Origin: Candidatus Thalassarchaeum betae
Lineage (GTDB): Archaea > Thermoplasmatota > Poseidoniia > Poseidoniales > Thalassarchaeaceae
Assembly: GCA_003193925.1 (NCBI GenBank)
Contig: PSPG01000002.1
Coordinates: 1-64,000, forward strand
Direction of reading: 5' to 3'
DNA: 64,000 nucleotides
Shown here: positions 42,132-49,966 of the stretch, in pieces
How positions within the stretch are numbered: position 1 is the first letter of the stretch
Layout: each line of letters starts with the position of its first letter
Notes under the pieces: model-generated
What the model was told of the DNA's origin: nothing
The model's database searches: none
What the model saw: only the letters and a program-made list of their open reading frames with translations
Made by a program: the position numbers and the translations under genes

Positions 42132-44723
42132 TCAGAGGGAATAACTGCAGACGACGCATACCGATGCGCCTATTTCCGCCTCGGAACCGCATATTGGGCA
42201 GACCTCGCCCCCAGGCGCACCAGCCGCTTCCTCCTCCTCTGGCTCTTCTTCCTGCGGCTCTGGCTCCCCTTCCTGAGACTCTTCTTCCTGAGGCTCTTCT
42301 CCCTCCGGCTCTGGCTCCTCGGGTTCTGACTCTGGCTCTGGCTGTCTGGGAAGTTCGGGGACCCTCTCCGGGTCCACCCACTCTGGAAGGTTAGGCTCCT
42401 CGTCGACCTCTGCGCCGAAGGTGGCGCCGTGGAAGTCCTGAGCGTCAGAGACCTTGTACTCCGACTCGGGGTCCCCTTGGATCTCGTATGTCACCTCTAT
42501 CCTCTCTCCCCGCTCAATCCTGCCAATCTTCCACTCGGTATGGGTCCCCTCGGGGGCTGCCTCCTTCTTCATGCGCACATCACGCTCGCCGTCAATCGAA
42601 GAGCGCACCGTGGAGTCCTCGATCGAGAAGGTCCCGGGAACCACGTCATGTAGAGCGAGGTCGTCGAGGGCGCTGTCGGAGTTGTTCTCGAACATCAGCA
42701 GGACCTCGTACCTGCCGGCGTTGCCAGCTGGAAAGACCTCCTTTCCAGTGCTCACGTTGCGCCGGCGGTGGACGACTCGCATCTGAGGGGGTCTCTCTAC
42801 GACCCTGGTCGCCACAGGACCAAACTTCTCGGAACCGAAGTCGGCCCTGATGGGGGCTGCTAGGAGCTCGTTCGCCGGAGAGGGGTCTGGTGCATGCAGC
42901 GGATACCTGATCACCATGGTCTTGCCGGGCTGGAGGCCGAGTGGGGCAGAAGTGCCTACGGTGATTCTCAGTCCGTGGCCTTCGCTGTCTGGGGAGATCA
43001 TCCTCTCTTCCAGCTGAATCCCGTTGATCACCTCTATCAGGTACTGCTCCTCATTGAGGTCGGTACCCCCGATCTCGATGCTCACGTCGTCCTGCGAAGG
43101 GGGGTCGAAGATCCCCGGGACGTCATCCAGCAGACGCATGACGTTAATCGGGGCCGAGCCGTTGTTCTCAATCGATATCGTAGCCTCGATATCAGAAGGC
43201 ACGAACGACTTGATCCTAGATTTATCATACTGCTTGAGCAGTACTGCGTCCAGCACGGTCAGTTTCTGCTCCTTCAAGTCGATCGATCCCCTTGACTCGA
43301 CGGCCACACGAGGCAGGATGGAGGACCTGAACTCGTGGGTGAAACTGGGGCTGTCGGCCTCCACCCTCTTCTCCATGGAACTCCAGCTCCCCTCGGGAGG
43401 GACGTCCTGACGGAGGTCAGAGATGTCCAGTATCGGATTTTCTCTGCCGGACTGCCAGACAGTCACCCCCGACAGTGTAACCACGAAGGAGGATCTGTTC
43501 TCGAACACGGACTTGCAGTGCCAGATCCCGGGTCTGTCATCCTCGACCTTGTCGACTCTCATCATGTGTAGGGTGGAGCCGGAGACGCGGTCGAAGTCGG
43601 CTCTCGAGACCGTCGCCTCAGCAGTGTAATTCGCGGAAGCGACGCCGGCGGAAATCTTGTCGACCCCCCCGGTGGTGACTCTGGGCGAGAGGGCGAGCAC
43701 CCTGCTCTCACCGACGTTGAGCCTGCCGATCTCCCAGGAGATATATGAATCCCCGACGCTGTACTCAGGGCCGTCGGGAATGTGGAAGTTGTCCGGGAAG
43801 GTCCTGCTGACCTCGACCTCCAAGAGAGGGCCGGGCGAGATGTTCTCGACCTCGAGCTGCAACTCAATCTCCTGTTGCTCCTCGGAGAAGACCAGTGACA
43901 GACTATCCTCCTGGTCCCTCTCCGGGTTGGTGTCGATGGATTCCTTCAGGACCAGCATCCGAGGACCGCTGGCGGAGTATGGGATTACCGTGTCCTCGGT
44001 GGCCTCGAGCTCCCTCACGGATATCGAGCGCCCTCCGATGTCTGTGGCGCTAGTTGATGAGAGTAGTACCTCTATGTCCCATGCCCTGTGCTTCTTGCTT
44101 GCGTTTCGCAGTATCAGTTCGCCTTCTATGGTCTGCCGCCTGATCGAGCCGTCGGGATTCAGGGTGGAGGTCTCCACTTCGCTCAGGGTGGCGTGTAGCT
44201 TGTCGCCCGGGATCGCGTCCACCTCCCTGGCGGACCTCAGGTGGGGAGAGGAAGCCGGAGCCACTACCGCCTTGGATAGGGCGTCGGCAATGGGGGAGTC
44301 CTCTTCAGAGTCCAAGGAGTCCACGGAGGACTCGGGTTCAGCCCAGTCTATCTCGTCGGCCTCCTGGCTATCTCCCGCACCGCTCAGCGCGGCTAGCGAG
44401 TCCTGTAGAGAAGCAGGCTCCTCAGACTCCTCATCCGGGACATCCAAGCCGGGGGGAGGAGGTGGCGGTGAGTCGGGTCCGGATGGAGTGGGGGAGGGGG
44501 CGTCGAAGCCGGGAGGAGGAGAAGGGGCCTCCCCAGGCTCCTCATCAGGCTCACCCGAAATCTCCCTGTCCTCGAGTTCCATCAAGCCCGGTGGCGGAGG
44601 AGGTGGCGAGGGCGCTTGTTCGCCCTCCGAATCGTCATCCTCCTCTTCCTCGAAACCGGGTGGGGGGGGCGGAGGAGGAGGGAGGGGGAACCCTGAAGGA
44701 GGGGGAGGGGGCTCTTCTGACAT
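42132..44723 (-). CDS. Cytoplasmic poly-proline/acidic protein with beta-sandwich core (mu-homology-like or DUF11-like) and C-terminal zinc ribbon
   Basis: Start ATG 44723 after GGGGTG; no signal peptide or TM; poly-Pro tracts; repeated ExN...D..P...W.IG.L..GE modules; CPIC...CVVC end. The product call is tentative. Confidence 0.75.
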   Translation of the reverse strand: MSEEPPPPPSGFPLPPPPPPPPGFEEEEDDDSEGEQAPSPPPPPPGLMELEDREISGEPDEEPGEAPSPPPGFDAPSPTPSGPDSPPPPPPGLDVPDEESEEPASLQDSLAALSGAGDSQEADEIDWAEPESSVDSLDSEEDSPIADALSKAVVAPASSPHLRSAREVDAIPGDKLHATLSEVETSTLNPDGSIRRQTIEGELILRNASKKHRAWDIEVLLSSTSATDIGGRSISVRELEATEDTVIPYSASGPRMLVLKESIDTNPERDQEDSLSLVFSEEQQEIELQLEVENISPGPLLEVEVSRTFPDNFHIPDGPEYSVGDSYISWEIGRLNVGESRVLALSPRVTTGGVDKISAGVASANYTAEATVSRADFDRVSGSTLHMMRVDKVEDDRPGIWHCKSVFENRSSFVVTLSGVTVWQSGRENPILDISDLRQDVPPEGSWSSMEKRVEADSPSFTHEFRSSILPRVAVESRGSIDLKEQKLTVLDAVLLKQYDKSRIKSFVPSDIEATISIENNGSAPINVMRLLDDVPGIFDPPSQDDVSIEIGGTDLNEEQYLIEVINGIQLEERMISPDSEGHGLRITVGTSAPLGLQPGKTMVIRYPLHAPDPSPANELLAAPIRADFGSEKFGPVATRVVERPPQMRVVHRRRNVSTGKEVFPAGNAGRYEVLLMFENNSDSALDDLALHDVVPGTFSIEDSTVRSSIDGERDVRMKKEAAPEGTHTEWKIGRIERGERIEVTYEIQGDPESEYKVSDAQDFHGATFGAEVDEEPNLPEWVDPERVPELPRQPEPESEPEEPEPEGEEPQEEESQEGEPEPQEEEPEEEEAAGAPGGEVCPICGSEAEIGASVCVVCSYSL

Positions 44724-44847
44724 GGCGCTAACACCCCGATGGGTGGTCGCGGACGTGGCTTGGATTGGTATAACCATTACTTGTCGGACACTGAGCCGAT
44801 GGCAGGGCGTCACGAATGGTTGAAGTTCTCTCGCCCTTGGCGAGAGC

Positions 44848-45690
44848 GTGAGCAATCAGGACGGGACAGCGCCTCCAGTGCTGTTCGTCGTCGGTACCGC
44901 AGGTGCTGGAAAGAGTTCCTTGGTGACTGCCTTCCAACGGTGGGCGCGATTCCTCGAGGTCGATGTACTCGCGATCAACCTCGACCCCGGGGCCGAGAGG
45001 GTGCACTACGACGCGGAGTACGACGTCAGGGACCTCGTTTCGCTGTCTGACGTCATGGTCGAGTACGACCTAGGCCCTAACGGCGCTCAAATCCTGGCCG
45101 CTGACCTGGTGGCGGCACAGGCGACCGAAGTCTTCGACGAGATCGAGGGGCTGTCGTGCGATCTGCTGATTGTCGACACGCCGGGCCAGGTGGAACTGTT
45201 CGCCTTCAGAGAGGCCTCCAACCACCTCGTCAGCGTGATAGGCCAAGGCAGGGCCTGCCTAATCTTCCTGTTCGACCCGATGCTCTCACGGACTCCGAGC
45301 GGCTTCGTGGCGCAGATGCTCCTTTCGGCAATCGTGCACTTCAGGCTGGGGCTCCCTACAGCGAACTTCCTCTCCAAGTCGGACTTATTGGAGCCGGAGA
45401 CCCTCGAGAAGGTGATGGAGTGGGGCGACAACCTGGAGGCGCTGGAGGCCGCGTTGTACGAGGAATCGGCCCAGCAAGCCCTCGACAGCCAGTCCGGCAG
45501 CCAAAGGGCCGAGTTCGCCATAGGCCAGCTCAGGATGATGCAGCACGCGTCGATACAGCCTGGCTTGGTGCCCCTTTCCAGTGAGGAGGAGGAGGGACTT
45601 GCCGACGTGCTGACCTTCGCACAGTCAGTATTCGGCGGAATGGCTGATGCCAGAGACGGATTTGCAGGGGACATAGAGCATGAGAGGTAG
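44848..45690 (+). CDS. GPN-loop GTPase
   Basis: GTAGAGKS, NLDPG, LGPNGA, DTPGQVELF, SKSDLL. Confidence 0.93.
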   Translation: MSNQDGTAPPVLFVVGTAGAGKSSLVTAFQRWARFLEVDVLAINLDPGAERVHYDAEYDVRDLVSLSDVMVEYDLGPNGAQILAADLVAAQATEVFDEIEGLSCDLLIVDTPGQVELFAFREASNHLVSVIGQGRACLIFLFDPMLSRTPSGFVAQMLLSAIVHFRLGLPTANFLSKSDLLEPETLEKVMEWGDNLEALEAALYEESAQQALDSQSGSQRAEFAIGQLRMMQHASIQPGLVPLSSEEEEGLADVLTFAQSVFGGMADARDGFAGDIEHER

Positions 45691-46639
45691 TGATTCGAAG
45701 CGGGACTTGATGGCGATAGACGATGTGAGCGAGGAGTTGTCCGAACTCATCGCCTGGGCCATCGCCTTCAAGCACGCGGGCGACATCAACTACGAATTCA
45801 AACCGCTTGACGGGATGTCGATAGGCTCGATCTACGAGAAGCCGTCGACGAGGACCAGAGTGTCCTTCGAAGTAGGTGTGAGCAGACTCGGCGGCCACCC
45901 TCTGACCCTGTTGTCTAATGACATCCAACTCGGCAAGAGCGAATCCATCGCCGACACCGCAGCCGTCCTCTCACGGTACCTCGACGGGATCACGTACAGG
46001 TGCTTCAAGCACGGTGACGCGGAGGAACTGGCCAGACACGCCACCGTCCCGGTGATCAATGCCCTCTCTGACCTACACCACCCCTGTCAGGCGGCTGCTG
46101 ACCTGATGACCATAGCCGAGCACGGCGAGAGCGTCAGCGGCCACATCGCTTGGGTCGGCGATGGCAATAATGTGTTCCACGACCTGCTGCTTGCCGGCGT
46201 CGCGCTCGGACACGACGTCTCTTACGCGACGCCTGCGGGCTTCGAGCCCGATGAATCCGTGATGGATAGGGCTCGCAGGATCAGCGCCACCACAGGTGCC
46301 ATCATCAGCGGCTCCAACGACCCCGTCAAGGCCGTAAGTGGGGCTGGGGTCGTCTACACCGACATCTTCGTGTCGATGGGAGAAGAGCACATGGAGGGCA
46401 AGTTCAACGCCTTCGATGGCTTCCAAGTCAACGAGGAACTGGTTTCGAACGCTAACCCCGACTACCTGTTCATGCACTGCTTACCGGCGCATCGTGGCGA
46501 GGAGGTGACCGATGCGGTCATCGACTCCCCTAACAGCGTTGTCTTCGAGCAGGCCGAGAACAGAATGTGGGCACAGATGTCACTGCTCACTTACCTCTGC
46601 AACGAAACTGCTTGGCACGCATTCAGGGAACTCGAGTGA
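45680..46639 (+). CDS. argF: Ornithine carbamoyltransferase
   Basis: STRT, HPCQ, GDGNNV, SMG, HCLP, QAENR. Confidence 0.95.
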   Translation: MRGSDSKRDLMAIDDVSEELSELIAWAIAFKHAGDINYEFKPLDGMSIGSIYEKPSTRTRVSFEVGVSRLGGHPLTLLSNDIQLGKSESIADTAAVLSRYLDGITYRCFKHGDAEELARHATVPVINALSDLHHPCQAAADLMTIAEHGESVSGHIAWVGDGNNVFHDLLLAGVALGHDVSYATPAGFEPDESVMDRARRISATTGAIISGSNDPVKAVSGAGVVYTDIFVSMGEEHMEGKFNAFDGFQVNEELVSNANPDYLFMHCLPAHRGEEVTDAVIDSPNSVVFEQAENRMWAQMSLLTYLCNETAWHAFRELE

Positions 46640-47545
46640 TCAGGCCAACAGAGAGCTACCTAGGAGTGCCGCGAGGCACAAGTACATTGATTTCTTGATC
46701 AGCTGCTGAGCGGCATGATCCTCAGAGAGTACCAACTTCGGCTTGGCCAGCATCAGCACCACCACAGCCGGAATCACTCCAACAAGGTGCAGTTCGGGAA
46801 AGATTCCTATTGCGAAGGGCAGCAGCATCGAGGCGAGAGTGAGCAGGAGGAGCGCCCAAGCTAATGTGCGGGCTCGTTGTGGCCCGACTTGCATGGCGTA
46901 GGTGCTTCTCCCCTCGTCGCCCTCCATGTCCTCGACGTCCTTGACTATCTCCCGAGCGAGGGTGTACAGGACTCCGATGACGAACATGGCCCACGCACGG
47001 TGGTTAAACGGCTCGAACACGCCGGCAGCGCCGAACAGCACGACCATGCCGACGGAAAGGCTGATGGCGATGTTCCCAGACAGGCCCCTCTCCTTGAGGC
47101 GCAGGCTGAACGGGGCCGCGGACTCGTAGTTCGTCAGCAGGAAAAGCGCGCCCAGCCAAATCGCCAGTGAAGGGTACCATCCCTCAATTCCCCCCACCGT
47201 GCCGCTCGCAGTCGCAGCAGCGCCTGCAATCGAGACCACCGAGAGCGTCATCATCAGGGCTATCCCCCTCTTTGCCGAGGCCTCTGAGATGGCACCGGAG
47301 GGAAGCGGTCTGTTGGGTCGGTTGACGCGGTCAATCTCCAAGTCGAGGTAGTCGTTCAACGCGTTCCACGAGCACATGAAGCTCCAGACCGACAGCGCTT
47401 GCAATACGGTAATCAGGGCGAAATCGCCCTCTGGCAGCCCGCCCAGAGCCATCATGGCCCCCAGGAAGACCCCGAACACCCCTACGGTCGAGTTTCCCGC
47501 CCTGAACAGGACCCACCATGGCCCTAGTGCACCGCCTCCACCCAC
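46640..47545 (-). CDS. UbiA-family prenyltransferase, digeranylgeranylglyceryl-phosphate synthase-like
   Basis: NDYLDLEIDRVNRPNRPLPSG and REIVKDVEDMEGD motifs; multiple TM helices. Confidence 0.88.
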   Translation of the reverse strand: MGGGGALGPWWVLFRAGNSTVGVFGVFLGAMMALGGLPEGDFALITVLQALSVWSFMCSWNALNDYLDLEIDRVNRPNRPLPSGAISEASAKRGIALMMTLSVVSIAGAAATASGTVGGIEGWYPSLAIWLGALFLLTNYESAAPFSLRLKERGLSGNIAISLSVGMVVLFGAAGVFEPFNHRAWAMFVIGVLYTLAREIVKDVEDMEGDEGRSTYAMQVGPQRARTLAWALLLLTLASMLLPFAIGIFPELHLVGVIPAVVVLMLAKPKLVLSEDHAAQQLIKKSMYLCLAALLGSSLLA

Positions 47546-47586
47546 GCCCTGACTCAGGGCGGCTGGGCCTTCATTCCTTCCCCGGA

Positions 47587-47841
47587 CTAAGCTGTGGCCT
47601 GCAATGCCTGCTGGCTGAGGCTCCAGACGCAGACCGTGTAGGTACTGCCTCTGAACAGCCCGCGGACGTGTCCGACCTTGGAGAATCTCCTGTCCTTGGC
47701 AAGTATGTTACCGACCTGGTTCATCGTGGCTCCCCACCGGAACCTGCCGTTCAGGTGATCGAAGATCTCGACGGTGTTGGCGGTGTCGTTCTCCTCGAGG
47801 TAGACCCGGACCTCCTCACGGAGCCGTCCTGTCCTGGACAT
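47587..47841 (-). CDS. Small winged-helix-like DNA-binding protein (DUF3860-like)
   Basis: TVEIFDHLN...ATMNQVGNILAKD...VCVWSL; start ATG 47841 after SD GGTGGT. Confidence 0.65.
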   Translation of the reverse strand: MSRTGRLREEVRVYLEENDTANTVEIFDHLNGRFRWGATMNQVGNILAKDRRFSKVGHVRGLFRGSTYTVCVWSLSQQALQATA

Positions 47842-48116
47842 CAGGCCACCACCGTAGGGGCTGCGCAACTGGCGTGCAGCCTCTCGCGCAGCCCAGCCCA
47901 ACTCGATGGGCTGACGTTAATCTGCGCGGCCATGCGCGGCATTGGCCCCCATGAATCGGCCTCAGAGACCACTCCAGCGTAGCTGACCATTGTGGTAGGT
48001 GCGGGTTGCGGCACGGGTCCGTTCGTTCTTCGCAGGGTCGCGAGAGAGACCACCCTGCATGGTTCTGGACGCTTCCTGTAGAGGAGCGTCACTGTGTCGT
48101 TCGCTTGTCCGTTCAT
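47841..48116 (-). CDS. Hypothetical protein, stop overlaps the start of the wHTH gene
   Basis: 91-aa ORF whose TGA overlaps the next ATG (TGATG); no recognisable motif. Confidence 0.45.
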   Translation of the reverse strand: MNGQANDTVTLLYRKRPEPCRVVSLATLRRTNGPVPQPAPTTMVSYAGVVSEADSWGPMPRMAAQINVSPSSWAGLRERLHASCAAPTVVA

Positions 48117-48249
48117 GGTGGTATGTCATGACTTCTTCATATCAAGCGAGGCAATAGTCCCGAGAGGTGAAGGTGAAAGTGAACGGAGACCCCCCATAGG
48201 CTCTCAAGGCATTGTTTTCTTAAGCGGGTGTCCGGTGGCCGGAAAACAC

Positions 48250-48327
48250 GCTCGTGTAGTGTAGTTCGGTCCATCATGACGGACTCTCGATCCGTCGACC
48301 CGGGTTCAAATCCCGGCACGAGCACCA
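48250..48327 (+). tRNA. tRNA-Glu(CTC), CCA encoded
   Basis: Acceptor GCTCGTG/CACGAGC; anticodon arm ACGGA-CTCTCGA-TCCGT; GGTTCAAATCC; ends ACCA. Confidence 0.97.
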
Positions 48328-48382
48328 CTATTGTCTCTCATAACGGTCTTAAGCGGTCCTTCGTTGGCGTAGTAAGGTCTCG

Positions 48383-49435
48383 ATGCGCGTTGAGCACGAT
48401 GTGAAGATGACCTTTGACGATGTTCTGATACGACCTAAGCGCAGTACGCTGGTTTCTAGATCGGATGTGACTCTGTCGAGGGACTTCAAGTTCCGCCATT
48501 CCGATGAGATCTGGAGCGGGGTGCCCATCGTGGCGGCCAACATGGACACCACCGGCCTGTTCTCGGTGGCCAAGGAGCTGCAGGAGCACGGCATGCTCAC
48601 CTGCCTACAGAAATTCTACTCGACTCGCGAGTGCGCACGAGCGTGGGAAGACGGGGTGGACCCGGGCTTCGTCGCAGTCACATGCGGCTCCACGGACGAG
48701 AGCTTCGAGCTGCTGCAGCGCAAGATGGCGACCGATGACGGGATCAAGATGATCTGCGTAGACGTCGCCAATGGCTACCGCGAGGTGTTCGTCGAGTTCG
48801 TCAAGCGGGTTCGCGACAAGTTCCAGAGCAAGATTATCATCGCCGGCAACGTTGCCACCAGGGAGATGACAGAGGCCCTCATCCTCGCCGGTGCGGACAT
48901 AGTCAAAGTCGGCATAGGACCGGGCTCGGTCTGCACGACCTGCAAAGTGGCAGGCGTGGGCTACCCTCAGCTCTCGGCCATCGCGGAGTGCGCTGACGCA
49001 GCGCATGGCCTGCTGGGTCACGTGATGGCTGACGGTGGATGCTCCTCACCGGGCGATGTCGCGAAGGCCTTCGGCGCGGGTGCGGACTTCGTCATGCTGG
49101 GCGGCATGTTCGCGGGACACGACGAGTCCGGTGGGGAGCTCATCAAGGGCGATAACGGCAGGATGTACAAGTCGTTCTACGGAATGTCATCGAGCAAGGC
49201 GATGGAGTCGCATTACGGTGAGGTCGCCGGGCACAGGGCCCCCGAGGGCAAGGAGGTCAGGGTGCCTTACAGAGGGGAGCTCGGCCTCACCGTGCAGTCC
49301 GTTCTTGGGGGAGTCAGGTCGGCCTGCTCGTATGTTGGTGCTCGCAGGATCAAGGACCTTCCCAAGTGCACCACCTTCATCCGGGTGTCGCAGACCAGCA
49401 ACGAGGTCTACGAGCGCTTCAACGTCGGGGAATGA
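48383..49435 (+). CDS. guaC: GMP reductase
   Basis: [42 protein letters not shown]; no CBS domains. Confidence 0.93.
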   Translation: MRVEHDVKMTFDDVLIRPKRSTLVSRSDVTLSRDFKFRHSDEIWSGVPIVAANMDTTGLFSVAKELQEHGMLTCLQKFYSTRECARAWEDGVDPGFVAVTCGSTDESFELLQRKMATDDGIKMICVDVANGYREVFVEFVKRVRDKFQSKIIIAGNVATREMTEALILAGADIVKVGIGPGSVCTTCKVAGVGYPQLSAIAECADAAHGLLGHVMADGGCSSPGDVAKAFGAGADFVMLGGMFAGHDESGGELIKGDNGRMYKSFYGMSSSKAMESHYGEVAGHRAPEGKEVRVPYRGELGLTVQSVLGGVRSACSYVGARRIKDLPKCTTFIRVSQTSNEVYERFNVGE

Positions 49436-49439
49436 CCTC

Positions 49440-49919
49440 TCAGATGTCGAAGATGACCTGTGCCATCCACCCAGGACCCTCGAAGGCCGGTATGTCGGGC
49501 TCTATCCCGGGCACCATTTCCCCGGCGGCTACCTCGCGCAGTGCCAGCTGGTGCAGGGTCACCGCCTTGACCTCGACCTCGCGCTCGACGAGATCCGAGT
49601 CGACCCAGGAGGCCTGTGCTTCGATCCTACCTCCTCCGTCTATCCTGATTGCCGCCTCAACGAGCCACTGGCCTTCGGCGGAGCCGCGATAGAGGACCTC
49701 CTCAAGCCACAGTACCATCCCGCGCTCGAGGTCCCCCCCGGGCGCTTGGACGACCCATTCGCCGGTCGAGCGAGGCAATGTGGCGAGTGCGGCGGCGCCG
49801 TTCTCAGACAGCTGGATTGATTGGAGGCCCATGGTCGCCTCGAGGATCGCATCTTGAGCCGCCATCGAGAATGCACGCAGGCCTATGTCGGCCGTAGTAG
49901 GCAGAATCCACCAAGACAC
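49440..49919 (-). CDS. Archease
   Basis: N-terminal TADIGL, EVKAVTLH, C-terminal IFDI. Start GTG 49919 after SD GGTGAG. Confidence 0.85.
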   Translation of the reverse strand: MSWWILPTTADIGLRAFSMAAQDAILEATMGLQSIQLSENGAAALATLPRSTGEWVVQAPGGDLERGMVLWLEEVLYRGSAEGQWLVEAAIRIDGGGRIEAQASWVDSDLVEREVEVKAVTLHQLALREVAAGEMVPGIEPDIPAFEGPGWMAQVIFDI

Positions 49920-49966
49920 GGTCTCACCGACCCGTCCGAGCGGTCCATCGTGCAAGAATGCAGGGG

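Noticed and set aside
16594-48327. tRNA genes as possible integration sites
   Set aside because: I found no duplicated tRNA 3' ends, integrase, transposase or obvious compositional island.
48137-48328. 63-aa ORF (MVLVPGFEPGST...) and the similar ORFs 16532-16891 and 36611-36940
   Set aside because: They are translations across tRNA genes.
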